Made by a program: the position numbers and the translations under genes. From an uncultured Verrucomicrobiae bacterium (lineage in GTDB: Bacteria; Verrucomicrobiota; Verrucomicrobiia; Limisphaerales; Palsa-1400), in contig OY969763.1 of NCBI GenBank assembly GCA_963702845.1, positions 3,264,001 to 3,328,000 of the forward strand: a stretch of DNA of 64,000 nucleotides, written 5' to 3'. The notes under the pieces were generated by a model, which was not told the origin of the DNA, did no database searches, and was given only the letters and a program-made list of their open reading frames with translations. The first letter of the stretch is position 1. Each line of letters starts with the position of its first letter. Below, in pieces: positions 32,276 through 41,894 of the stretch.

Positions 32276-32725
32276 TTAATGCTTCGGCCGAAGCAGAATC
32301 GCCTTCTTATTCGTCCCTTCAACTTCAACACTGCTCGCTTCAATCCCCGGAGCATCTTTCAATGCAGCATAGATAATGCGACGATCAAATGCGCTCATCG
32401 GTTCCAGCTCAACCACATCACCCCATCGGCGGACTTTTTCCGCGGCAGCCTGGGCCTTCTGCACGAGCGTGTCGCGGGCTTTGGCACGATAGCCACCAAC
32501 GTCAACCGTGACCTTCGGAACGGTCTGGTCCTGCTGGAACAAGATGCGGTTGATCAAATACTGCAGGTCAGAAAGCGTTTGGCCCTGGCGCCCGATAAGG
32601 CGGCCGGAGTCCTCGGTTTTGACGTCGAGAAAAATGCCGTCTTCGAGCTGATGTTCTTCAACGGCGGCTTCAAAGCCGAGCTCTTTTAAGAGCCGTTCCA
32701 AAGTTGCTTTTGCTGGAGCTGGCAT
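32276..32725 (-). CDS. jag: Jag/KhpB-like KH-R3H RNA-binding protein (short form)
   Basis: LIGRQGQTLSDLQYL, DVGGYR, LEPMSAFDRRII; position downstream of yidC. Confidence 0.9.
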   Translation of the reverse strand: MPAPAKATLERLLKELGFEAAVEEHQLEDGIFLDVKTEDSGRLIGRQGQTLSDLQYLINRILFQQDQTVPKVTVDVGGYRAKARDTLVQKAQAAAEKVRRWGDVVELEPMSAFDRRIIYAALKDAPGIEASSVEVEGTNKKAILLRPKH

Positions 32726-32751
32726 ATATGCAGTGTTCTTAAGCAGTCGCG

Positions 32752-32779
32752 AATATAGCGACTACTATCCTGACGTCAA
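32752..32779 (-). promoter_or_regulatory. Possible internal sigma70 promoter for jag
   Basis: TTGACG-N16-TATATT on the minus strand. Confidence 0.45.
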
Positions 32780-32784
32780 TCAGC

Positions 32785-34534
32785 CTATTTCCTCTTCCTC
32801 GGCGCCATCGGAGCAGTCGCGGCAGCGGTGGGCGGTTCGGTGGCTTTCGTGAGTTTCGTTTGGGCGATGGTCAACAGATTGTTGATCGTCCAATAAAGCG
32901 TCAAACCGGCCGACATCTTGTAAAGGATGAACATGAACATCAGTGGCATGTAGCGCATGATCTTCTGTTGCGACGGATCCATGCCCGGCGATGGCGGGGT
33001 GAGGTGCGATTGCCAAAGCATGGTGACACCCATAATGAGCGGCATGATGTTGAGCGGCCAACCGGCAATCCAGGCGACAGTGTCCGGCTGAGACAAATCG
33101 CAGGCCCAAAGGAAAGGAACGCCGCGCAATTCAATGGCGGTGCGCAACATGCCGTAAAACCCGATAAATACCGGAACCTGCAGCAGCATCGGCAAGCACC
33201 CACCGAGCGGATTGACGCGGTGCTCTTTATAGAACTCCATCGTCTTCTGGTTCTTTTTGACCGCGTCGTCTTTGTATTTATCCTGGATGACTTTTATTTG
33301 CGGCATCAGCGTTTGCATACGCTTGGCTGATTTGGTGCTCGCGTGAGTCAAGGGCCAGAAGAGCGTTTTGATGATGACGGTGATGGCGATAATGCACAGA
33401 CCATAGCTTAAGCCGATCGCATGTAAGCCGTTCATCGAAAGCAACAGCAACTTGGAGAAAAATCCAAAAAAGCCGAAACCCATCGCCTGATCGAGGTTGT
33501 TATTAAATTTTTCGCCGTATTGCGCGAGACGGTTGTATTCCTTGGGACCAGCGTAAAATGTATAACTGCGCTCGATACTTGCATTGGCCGCAAGATTCGT
33601 CGGCGCATAGAACAAAGTCGTTTCGAATCCGTTGTTGATAGCCGATGCCACGGTGTTAGTCGTCTTCGTGCGCGGCAATTCGTACCTGTGGATTCTCACA
33701 TGAAGCGCCGGGTGATCTGGAATCGCCGCCAGAGTGAAGAACTGATTGTGAACCGCGGTCCAGTAGACGTTACCAGCGCCGTTTTCGTAATCGGTGCGGG
33801 GTGTGCCGGGAATGCAACCCAAGGTGCGGTTTGCAAAATATGAATCGGTGACCTCTTCCGCTTTCTTGCCGTTGTACCAGAATACGCCCACGGTGTCTGG
33901 GATCATCGGTGGAAGCCATTGGTGTCGCGGTGCCGACGGTGACCTGGCTTTCAGGCAGAAGTATCGCTGCTCCTTTGGTGTTCTCGATGCGCAGCTTCGC
34001 AGTGAACAGATAATTCGATAACATTTCGAACTGCTTCGTAATGCGCAGGCCATTTGCCAGGATTTGTTCGGCAACGACGGAATTACCGCGTTGTGAAAGC
34101 GTGTAGTTGTTGTCGCCGGTAATCGCCTCAGCGCCGGAGATTTCAAGCACCGGCGAACGGGCGCGGGTATTGAGGCTCGCCATATTCGTTTCCGCAGGAA
34201 CGTCCCGTGCACACGCAATCGCGGCGGGATAATCGAGCATCTCAATCAAGCTGATGCCACCGCCGCGACTTGTGAAGTGCCAGACCAAGCTGTTGTTCGT
34301 GATCGTCAACGTTTTCTCAGGACCGGAAGGTGTCGGAGTTGTCGACGTTGACGTCGCGGACGTGGTTGTTGCAGCGTTTGAACTCGCCGTGGTCGCGTTC
34401 GTGACTGAGGCAACTTCGTTGGTCATCATTCCCGGTTTACGTGGCACTGGCGGAAAAAGTTTGTCCACCAAAGGCGACAACAGAAACAGCAGCCCAATGG
34501 CGACAACGAGTATAGTGAGAGATTTACGATCCAT
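32785..34534 (-). CDS. yidC: Membrane protein insertase YidC, with an apparent frameshift at ~33900
   Basis: MDRKSL.., FTSRGG, YAGPK, NPLGGCLPMLLQVP, DLSQPD, GLTLYW. The two frames join (DDP/DTVG) if one base of GGG at 33899-33901 is removed. Confidence 0.95.
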
Positions 34535-34536
34535 GA

Positions 34537-34938
34537 TTAGGCTGCTGACGTTTTGGAATTTGGAAAATTGAGAGCAGGAGCCGTCGGGTGCGGGACCGGA
34601 TCCTCGCCGCTTCCACCCCACGGGTGACAACGGCAGACGCGTTTTGTGGCAAGCCAGCTTCCACGGATTGCGCCGTGCGTTTGCACAGCTTCACGCGCGT
34701 AACACGAGCAGGTCGGTGTGTAGCGGCAACCGGCGGTCGGGCCAAAGAGTGCGCCTAGCAATGGCGATACACAGATTTGGTACAACCGAATGGCTGTAAC
34801 GATTGCGACCGTTAAAACTCCAAGCACCAAACCCCAAACGCCAAAGAAGCACCAAGCCCCAAACTTCAAAACTCCCGAAATGGGAGCTTGGCATTTGGTG
34901 CTTCTCTGAAGTTTGAAATTTGAAGTTTGAGGCTTCAT
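34537..34938 (-). CDS. yidD: Membrane protein insertion efficiency factor YidD with a repeat-derived N-terminal extension
   Basis: [44 protein letters not shown] overlaps the rnpA TGA. Confidence 0.93.
   Translation of the reverse strand: MKPQTSNFKLQRSTKCQAPISGVLKFGAWCFFGVWGLVLGVLTVAIVTAIRLYQICVSPLLGALFGPTAGCRYTPTCSCYAREAVQTHGAIRGSWLATKRVCRCHPWGGSGEDPVPHPTAPALNFPNSKTSAA
34820..34936. repeat. Heptamer-built palindromic element, copy B (inside the yidD reading frame)
   Basis: Left arm CCAAGCA CCAAACC CCAAACG CCAAAGAAGCA CCAAGCC CCAAACT; centre CTCCC-GAAAT-GGGAG; right arm TTGGCAT TTGGTGC TTCTCTG AAGTTTG AAATTTG AAGTTTG. Confidence 0.85.
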
Positions 34939-35306
34939 GTTTTCAAGAGTTCCGACTGTCCCAGTGCCTTGAGAAAATCTCGTTCCACGTCGGCAAATTT
35001 CTTGCCGACAATCGAGGCACGAGCCACCAACACTACATCCACTGGACGCCCCAATTCATGCTGGTGCAACCGGAAAGTCTCCCGCAGGAGCCGGCGGGCG
35101 CGACTGCGAACAACTGCGTCGCCGATCTTGCGACTGGTTATCACCCCCACCCTGCTCCCGGCGCCTGGTGGACGATCGGCGATGTTTAGGATCAAGCATC
35201 CTGATGTGAAACGCTGGCCTTTGGCACGAGTGCGGGCGAAGTCGCCGGTACTTTTAATGCGACTCGAACGCTGCAATCGCAGCCGGGCCGATGGCGTCTC
35301 AGGCAT
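34935..35306 (-). CDS. rnpA: Ribonuclease P protein component
   Basis: [25 protein letters not shown]; conserved operon position. Confidence 0.95.
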   Translation of the reverse strand: MPETPSARLRLQRSSRIKSTGDFARTRAKGQRFTSGCLILNIADRPPGAGSRVGVITSRKIGDAVVRSRARRLLRETFRLHQHELGRPVDVVLVARASIVGKKFADVERDFLKALGQSELLKT

Positions 35307-35309
35307 CGG

Positions 35310-35447
35310 TTATACCGGTGTGAGGCGCTTGCGTCCGACGCGGCGGCGATTAGCCAAGGTGGCCTTGCCACTCTTGCTCGAATTACGATTCAGAAAGCCG
35401 TGCTGCCGCTTGCGGCGAATCTTGGACGGTTGATATTGACGTTTCAT
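35310..35447 (-). CDS. rpmH: 50S ribosomal protein L34 (absent from the ORF track)
   Basis: Manual translation [47 protein letters not shown]-like AGAGGA upstream. Confidence 0.97.
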   Translation of the reverse strand: MKRQYQPSKIRRKRQHGFLNRNSSKSGKATLANRRRVGRKRLTPV

Positions 35448-35471
35448 TGTTCCTCTAAATTAAGAGGTGAG

Positions 35472-35499
35472 AAGATAGCGGCGGAAGTCGGGGTGTCAA
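35472..35499 (-). promoter_or_regulatory. Sigma70-type promoter of the rpmH operon
   Basis: TTGACA-N16-TATCTT on the minus strand, 24 nt upstream of the start. Confidence 0.65.
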
Positions 35500-35556
35500 T
35501 CGTGTACATTGGATAATTGATGCTCTCAACGGGTAGTTAGCACTTTCCCGGACTCA

Positions 35557-38142
35557 TTGAAACCTCTAAACTGGCGTTTTATGCCCTGTTGTGCCCGTTT
35601 GCTCGCCTGCTTAGTTCTCTCCTGCTGCTTCAACGTTTGTGCCCAAATCAGCAAAGGACATCAGCTCCTCATCAATCGCGGTTTCCAGGTGGCAGGAAAT
35701 GTCTCGCCAACGGACCCGTTTCACTTGAACACGTTCTCGAATGCGAACTACACCACGATGTTTTGGATGTGGACCTCAGTTCCATTTGAGATGGGATCGG
35801 CTCCCGGTTTTCCGTGGGCCAGTTGGATCGGTGGCGAAGACCAAATGCCGCCGCGCGACGGCGAGAGCCCTTACCTCAGCCAACTGGTCATGCTCCAACT
35901 CGGCGACGAATGGGAATTGAACAATGACGCCACGCGGACGCAATTGGTAAATTGGTTCACTGACGTGCAGAGCAATTTGCCGAATGTCATTCTGTTCCAT
36001 AATAACTATGGCGGTCAGGTCGGTGACTCGCAGTTGTACGATTTCTATTCGCGCGCGCACCCGGACATATTGTCCTTCGACAGTTATCCGTTTCACGGCG
36101 ATGGAAGCGGCAGTGTCAGCGAGACGTTGATGAACTGGTATGGCGACTTACGACGTTATCGCCAACACGCCTGGGGCGCCGGGATTCCTCTGAGCACCTA
36201 TATGCAAACATTCCAGTCGTTTGGCGAGGGTGACGCCGCGCCGTCGAAATCACAACTGCGTTTGCAACATTTCGCGGCGATGGCGTTCAATTGCAAATCA
36301 CTGATTGATTTCACTTACAACTCAAGCGCATCGGCTCTGTTTACAAACAGCGCAGGTGGCGATAATGCGCCGAACGCATTGTATTACGAAAAGGCCGATT
36401 GTGCGTTGCGCGCCCGGAACTTCGGCAAAACGCTCGTTCGACTGACGCCAGTGCCCGACGTTTCTTTTCCCGATTTGCGCACGACCAGCATGTTGTTTAT
36501 TCGCGGCAGAAGCCCGAATGGCTCGCTGCACGGCTTTCCAATTGGCTTTTACGCCGGAAGCGGTGGCGGCGATGTGAACACCGATTGGGCGTATCAGCGC
36601 AATGATCCGTATCTCACTGGCTGGAACGTTACAAATATCGGCACGAAGAACAATGGTTACCTCGGCGACGTGATTATGTCGTGGTTCAAACCGTTGGATG
36701 AGAGTTTCGATGGACCGAATTACACGAACGAGGTCTACATGATGGTCGTGAACGGGCTGAGTGATCCGACTGGAGACGGACCCGATTGCATGCAGCAAAT
36801 CACGCTGAACTTTAACTCGTCGCTCATGGCCATCGAGATGATGAATCCGTTGACGGGATTGGCCGAAGCGAAGACGTTGCCCTTGACCAACGGTGTTCGC
36901 CAACTCGTGTTGAATCTCAATGGCGGTGATGCGGTGTTGTTCAAGTTCTCCGATGGCGCGCCGTTTATTGGATCACAATTAACGGGACCACCGGTGATTA
37001 GTTCGTTCCCCGCGAATCAGACCGCACTTTTGAATGGCTCCGTGACTTTCAATGCTCGTGCGGCTGGGGGTGCACCGTTGAGTTATCAGTGGCAACACTA
37101 TGGCACAAACATCCCCAGTGCAACGAATGCGAGTTTTGGCAGATCGGGTTTGCAGTTCGTCGATGCAGGAACTTATACGCTGATTGTCAGCAACAGTTCC
37201 GGCACGGCGAGCGCGTCGGCCACATTGACGGTTGCGACGAGCGCGCCGTTTTTCTATGAGCCATTTAACTACTCGAACATCGGCTCGCCGGTCAGTGCCA
37301 ACACTCCCGCGAATTGGGTATCCGGCGGCACTGGAACCAATGACTTGATGGTTGTGCCGGGCAGTCTGTCTTATGCGCCACTTCAGACGTCCGTTGGAAA
37401 CAGCGTCACCAACGGCGGGCTTGGAGTTGGCGTACGTCGACTGATTGGCACGAATATCAGCAGCGGCATCTCCTACGTATCCGCTTTGTTTCGCATCAAT
37501 GATCTTGGCTATGGCACTTGGACCGGCACGGGGGCGCAGGTCGGTGCATTGACTGCTACGGATAGTAGCAACTTCCGTTTACAGTTTATGGTAAAGAGCA
37601 ATTCGGCCTCGAGCTATGTCCTCGGCCTACAAAAAGGCGGCACCGGCAGCGCGGCCGTTTATGGCACGAACGAATATCACGTCGGCGACACTGTGCTGCT
37701 CGTCGGCGCATACGATTTCACCGTCTCACCGAACCTTGTTTCGATGTGGATCAATCCTGATCCGACAACGCTCGGCGCGAGTTCGGCTCCGACGCCTGTG
37801 CTGACGACATCGGCCGGCACTGACGGCTTTGTCATCGACCGTTTTAATATTCGCCAAAATACAGCGGCGAGCGTTCCTGCTGCGATGCAGTGGGACGAAC
37901 TGCGCGTCGGCAACACATGGCTCGATGTCACGCCGCCGCGGCCACAGCCGCGATTCACCCAAGCGACGGCGCTCGGAGGTCAGTTGCACCTGCAGGCGCT
38001 CGGTGACAACGGCAACATGACGCTACAATCAAGTAGTAACTTTGTCAACTGGATTGACGTTACTACCATTTCAGGGAATCTCGACTATAGCGAGAACACC
38101 GCGAATACGCCGCGATTCTATCGGCTCAAGTTAGCGCCATAG
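35557..38142 (+). CDS. Secreted multidomain protein: putative glycoside-hydrolase-like N-domain, Ig domain, beta-sandwich, C-terminal RFYR motif
   Basis: Signal peptide (start 35557 TTG or 35581 ATG); LGDEW and LSFDSYPF resemble clan-A TIM-barrel motifs (tentative); PLSYQW..DAGTY Ig domain; ends PRFYRLKLAP. Confidence 0.7.
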   Translation: MKPLNWRFMPCCARLLACLVLSCCFNVCAQISKGHQLLINRGFQVAGNVSPTDPFHLNTFSNANYTTMFWMWTSVPFEMGSAPGFPWASWIGGEDQMPPRDGESPYLSQLVMLQLGDEWELNNDATRTQLVNWFTDVQSNLPNVILFHNNYGGQVGDSQLYDFYSRAHPDILSFDSYPFHGDGSGSVSETLMNWYGDLRRYRQHAWGAGIPLSTYMQTFQSFGEGDAAPSKSQLRLQHFAAMAFNCKSLIDFTYNSSASALFTNSAGGDNAPNALYYEKADCALRARNFGKTLVRLTPVPDVSFPDLRTTSMLFIRGRSPNGSLHGFPIGFYAGSGGGDVNTDWAYQRNDPYLTGWNVTNIGTKNNGYLGDVIMSWFKPLDESFDGPNYTNEVYMMVVNGLSDPTGDGPDCMQQITLNFNSSLMAIEMMNPLTGLAEAKTLPLTNGVRQLVLNLNGGDAVLFKFSDGAPFIGSQLTGPPVISSFPANQTALLNGSVTFNARAAGGAPLSYQWQHYGTNIPSATNASFGRSGLQFVDAGTYTLIVSNSSGTASASATLTVATSAPFFYEPFNYSNIGSPVSANTPANWVSGGTGTNDLMVVPGSLSYAPLQTSVGNSVTNGGLGVGVRRLIGTNISSGISYVSALFRINDLGYGTWTGTGAQVGALTATDSSNFRLQFMVKSNSASSYVLGLQKGGTGSAAVYGTNEYHVGDTVLLVGAYDFTVSPNLVSMWINPDPTTLGASSAPTPVLTTSAGTDGFVIDRFNIRQNTAASVPAAMQWDELRVGNTWLDVTPPRPQPRFTQATALGGQLHLQALGDNGNMTLQSSSNFVNWIDVTTISGNLDYSENTANTPRFYRLKLAP

Positions 38143-38164
38143 ATTGGCAGCTAAAAGCAGACTT

Positions 38165-39262
38165 TTAACGTCTCCGCGAGTCCGCCATTGGAACTGTCCT
38201 TAATCCGCCAGCGTCTGAAATCCAAAGTGCGGTCTTTCCGCTATAGGGTGCGGGATTACCCTTCGCATCCAATTGCGGCATAGCGACAGTGGCAAATGCG
38301 GTTATGCCCTGCCCTTCGGCCAAGAATGTCCAATGCTCGCCGGTGTCAATAGCCGGCGCCGGAAACCTTTTTTGCCAGGACTCTTTTAGCTCGTAAATCC
38401 CTGCACCCCGGAAGCTCGCGACCAATTTATTGGAACTCGTAACAGCAATCGTTTCGCAGATGCCAGGCGTGTTAACCGTCGAAATAGTTTTTGATGTAAC
38501 TTTAACTAATCCGCCAGAAGTCGTTTGCACATATACGGCATCGCCGACCGATGCCGCACGTTCAGAAACGAACTTGGTATCCACGTTTGTTATCGTCCTC
38601 CAATTGCCATCGTGCAAAACCTGGATCGCATCACCTTCGCCAGCACGATAACGAATGACGTATGAAATATCGTTACCCAATGGAGCTACTCTGAACACAT
38701 CTGGTGGGCCGAAATGGTTTTTATCAACTGGTGAAGGTTGTTCAACCCAACCGGCCAGATCATCGCGAACAGTCCACTGCCATACACCTCCAGCACCCTC
38801 CAACCAGAAATCTCGAATTCCCGAAACCCCACGAAATCCTTCCAGCACATCGCCACTGGTGATGTATGGTTTGCCTTTTGGCGAAGGGATTTGAGTGCTT
38901 CGCCAGTTGGTTCCATCAAATCGAATAAACTGGTCAGCACGCCATATCCAAAGCATTTGATGTGCTTTATCAAGAAACGGGCCTTCCACGTCACTATCTA
39001 ACCGATCGAACTGTAAGAGTTGTGTAAGCTGGCCATTCTTGAATTCTAAAAGGCCGAAATTACATCCGGCATATAATTTCCCGCGGTAAAATTCCAAACC
39101 ATTGTAACCGAAGCCGGCATATCTGGGCAGCGACTTAATACATCGTGCTACGTCGCTGGCTGGGACAACCTGCGGTCTTAGAATGCCTGCCGCATCGACC
39201 GCTTGAGCGGCCAAGACGATACAAACGCAACTCAGATACCAAAGCCCGCTCCGCATGATCAC
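38165..39262 (-). CDS. Hypothetical secreted protein, possibly a beta-propeller
   Basis: 365-aa ORF with a signal-like N-terminus, coupled to the thrS stop; short beta-strand motifs (FDGTNW, HDGNW); visibly more AT-rich than thrS. Confidence 0.65.
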   Translation of the reverse strand: MIMRSGLWYLSCVCIVLAAQAVDAAGILRPQVVPASDVARCIKSLPRYAGFGYNGLEFYRGKLYAGCNFGLLEFKNGQLTQLLQFDRLDSDVEGPFLDKAHQMLWIWRADQFIRFDGTNWRSTQIPSPKGKPYITSGDVLEGFRGVSGIRDFWLEGAGGVWQWTVRDDLAGWVEQPSPVDKNHFGPPDVFRVAPLGNDISYVIRYRAGEGDAIQVLHDGNWRTITNVDTKFVSERAASVGDAVYVQTTSGGLVKVTSKTISTVNTPGICETIAVTSSNKLVASFRGAGIYELKESWQKRFPAPAIDTGEHWTFLAEGQGITAFATVAMPQLDAKGNPAPYSGKTALWISDAGGLRTVPMADSRRR

Positions 39263-41352
39263 GCTCGCCGTTCCTTAATCGCCTTCAAGATTTCAGCGAT
39301 AACGTCGCCCTTTGGTTTCGCGCCGACGTTGCCTTTGCCGTGGAGGCGGACGCTGACGGCGCCGGCATCCATATCGCGCCCACCGATGACGAGCATGGTG
39401 TGGACTTTGGATTCTTCGGCACGCAGGATTTTGCCGTTGACCTTGTCGGTGCCAAAATCGCTATCGCAACGGACCATGTTGGCGCGCAATTCCTTTACGA
39501 TTTCTTTGGCGTAGGCGACGAGCTTTTCATCGTCGCCGATAGTAATGACGCGGACTTGTTCGGGCGCGAGCCACAATGGGAAATTGCCGGCGTAGTGCTC
39601 GATGAGGAAGCCGATGAAACGTTCGTGCGTGCCGAGCGGGGCGCGGTGGATGCACAAGGGTGTTTTGTCGGTGTTGTCTTTGTCGCGATAGGTCAGGCCG
39701 AATTTCGCGGGGACGGCAAAGTCGACCTGGTTCGTGGCAAGAGTGAATTCGCGGCCAATGACGCTCCAAACTTGCACGTCGATTTTCGGGCCGTAAAAGG
39801 CGGCTTCGTTCGGCACTTCGATGAAATTGATTTTGGAATCGATCAGAACCTTGCGAACCATGTCTTCAGTTTTTTTCCAAAGCTCGGGTTCGTTGACGTA
39901 TTTCTTGCCGAGACCTTCGGGCGACGATGTGCTGAAGCGCATAACGTATTTATCGATGCCGAAGATTTTAAAATACTTCAGATACATCTCGTTCACCGCG
40001 TTGAACTCGTCGGAGAATTGTTCTTCGGTGCAATAGATGTGGGCGTCGTTCATGTTCATTGAACGCACGCGCATGAGGCCGAAGAGTTCGCCGGATTGTT
40101 CGTAGCGGTAGCAGGTTCCGTATTCGGCCAGGCGCAACGGGAGGTCGCGATAGCTGTGCGGTTCCGCCGCAAAGACGCGATGGTGATGCGGGCAGTTCAT
40201 GGCTTTGAGGTAATAACGCTCTACCCCACGTCCCATAGTTCCGAACAGCATGTCTAATCCCGCAAATGTTTCTAACCGCTCCAGTTTTTCCATTAACTCA
40301 TTTCCCAGTGCTTTCCCCAAGCTTCCGTCGTCAAGCTTGTCCATCAACAGCTTCTCCAACGCATCATCGTCGGAAACGTCCTCACCAAGCTTTACCTTTA
40401 TCTGATTCTTAAGTCGTAACGCCTGTTTTTCTCGATCACGCTTCATGTCGAGAGTTGAGATATTTTCGTGAGCATGCTCTCGTAATTCCATAGGTGGGAA
40501 CATCGACTCAGCGTAATACGGCAAATGACCGGAAGTTTTGTACATCACCTCCCGAGCAATGTGCGGGGTTTTGACGCGGACATAGCCGGCTTGGAATTCG
40601 GTTTCTTTGGCTAATTGTTCCAAGGCTTCGACGATTGCGCCACCTTTGGGCAACCAGAGCGGGAGACCAGGGCCGACGTATTCGGTGTCGATTTTGTAGA
40701 GGCCCATTTCTTCGCCGATCTTGCGGTGATCGCGCTTCTTGGCCTCATCAATCATTTTGAAGTAGGCCTCCATCTCCGTCTTGTTTTTGAAGGCGGTGCC
40801 GTAGATGCGTTGGAGCTGCGGATTTTTTTCGTCGCCTTTGTAGTAGGCGCTGGCGACCTGGGTCAGCTTGAACGCGCCGATATTGCCGGTGCGCATGACG
40901 TGCGGGCCGGCGCAGAGGTCGAGGAAATCGCCGTTTTTGAAATAGGAAATGGGTTCGCCTTCGGGAATGTCGGTGAGGTTGCCGAGTTTGAATTTGCTCT
41001 GATTGCCTGGGCGTTCGGCTAAACCGCCGAGGCGGCCGCTTTCGGCGTCTTTAATGGCTTGTTCGCGGGTGACGATGATTTTTTCGAAGACGTTGTTGGC
41101 TTTGATCTCTTTCTTCATCTCTTCTTCGATCTTGGCGAAGTCTTCGGGTGAGATGCGGTGCGAGAGATCGACGTCGTAGTAGAAGCCGTTTTCGACGGGT
41201 GGACCGGCGGCGAATTGGGCTTCCGGCCAGAGACGCAGGATGGCGGTGGCCATGACGTGAGCGGCCGAATGGCGGATGCGCTCGAGTTCGGACATCTTGG
41301 CGCGGTCGTCGAGCGTTTTACGCTGGGCCTCTGGTTTTTCAGCAGATTGCAT
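39259..41352 (-). CDS. thrS: Threonine--tRNA ligase lacking the N-terminal TGS domain, with an ~88-aa insert in the catalytic domain
   Basis: RHSAAH, DLCAGPH, RDHRKIG, SGH, MNCPHH, GLMRVR, FYGPKID, IHRAPLGTHERF. Confidence 0.97.
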   Translation of the reverse strand: MQSAEKPEAQRKTLDDRAKMSELERIRHSAAHVMATAILRLWPEAQFAAGPPVENGFYYDVDLSHRISPEDFAKIEEEMKKEIKANNVFEKIIVTREQAIKDAESGRLGGLAERPGNQSKFKLGNLTDIPEGEPISYFKNGDFLDLCAGPHVMRTGNIGAFKLTQVASAYYKGDEKNPQLQRIYGTAFKNKTEMEAYFKMIDEAKKRDHRKIGEEMGLYKIDTEYVGPGLPLWLPKGGAIVEALEQLAKETEFQAGYVRVKTPHIAREVMYKTSGHLPYYAESMFPPMELREHAHENISTLDMKRDREKQALRLKNQIKVKLGEDVSDDDALEKLLMDKLDDGSLGKALGNELMEKLERLETFAGLDMLFGTMGRGVERYYLKAMNCPHHHRVFAAEPHSYRDLPLRLAEYGTCYRYEQSGELFGLMRVRSMNMNDAHIYCTEEQFSDEFNAVNEMYLKYFKIFGIDKYVMRFSTSSPEGLGKKYVNEPELWKKTEDMVRKVLIDSKINFIEVPNEAAFYGPKIDVQVWSVIGREFTLATNQVDFAVPAKFGLTYRDKDNTDKTPLCIHRAPLGTHERFIGFLIEHYAGNFPLWLAPEQVRVITIGDDEKLVAYAKEIVKELRANMVRCDSDFGTDKVNGKILRAEESKVHTMLVIGGRDMDAGAVSVRLHGKGNVGAKPKGDVIAEILKAIKERRA

Positions 41353-41844
41353 CGGTGCAGTGTAATGGTGGTTTGCTGGAGATAAACTGAAAATTTTTGA
41401 CCCGGAGTTCACGGGGTCGTGAAAAATATTTTTTATTTTTTGGCGTTATGAGCCGTTATGAAGCGTTATGGAGCGCAATGAAGCGTTACGATGAAACGGC
41501 GCGTTTCGCAACTTCGTGCCCAGCCATGCGTAATCGAAAACCGAAAAAAGGATTCTTTTTTTGGTGTCCGCAGATTTCGCCGGGTATCCGCAGATGTCCG
41601 GAGATGGGAAAGACTGAATGATGCAGCGCAAAAATAAAGGATTCCTTTTTGAGGGTTGGTTTAAGAAGTTTGACATGGGGCCGATAGGACTGATGAGACC
41701 GACAGACCTGCCAAGATTGATTCAACTTTTCGATGTTCATGATGGCCAATGTAGCAAAGTCACTTGGACAAAGGCTGTCCAAGTGAAAATTCTTCTTTCG
41801 CCCGCATTGATAAAACATTGGGCGCCGTGGAAGGCGTCCTTACC

Positions 41845-41874
41845 AAATAAAAAAGACCGCCTCGAGGGCGGTCT
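41845..41874 (-). terminator. Intrinsic terminator of the Crp/Fnr gene
   Basis: Minus strand AGACCGCC-CTCGA-GGCGGTCT followed by TTTTTATTT, 20 nt after the stop. Confidence 0.85.
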
Positions 41875-41894
41875 GATGGTTCTAATGGAAGGAC

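Noticed and set aside
33895..33905. yidC pseudogene or programmed frameshift
   Set aside because: Normally essential gene with intact motifs, one extra base in a short G run and no slippery heptamer; best explained as sequencing error.
35448..35556. oriC next to rpmH
   Set aside because: No dnaA or dnaN adjacent and no DnaA-box cluster in the 109-bp gap.
40222..40485. Intein or intron in thrS
   Set aside because: No Cys/Ser start, no His-Asn end, no splicing or endonuclease motifs, and the frame is uninterrupted.
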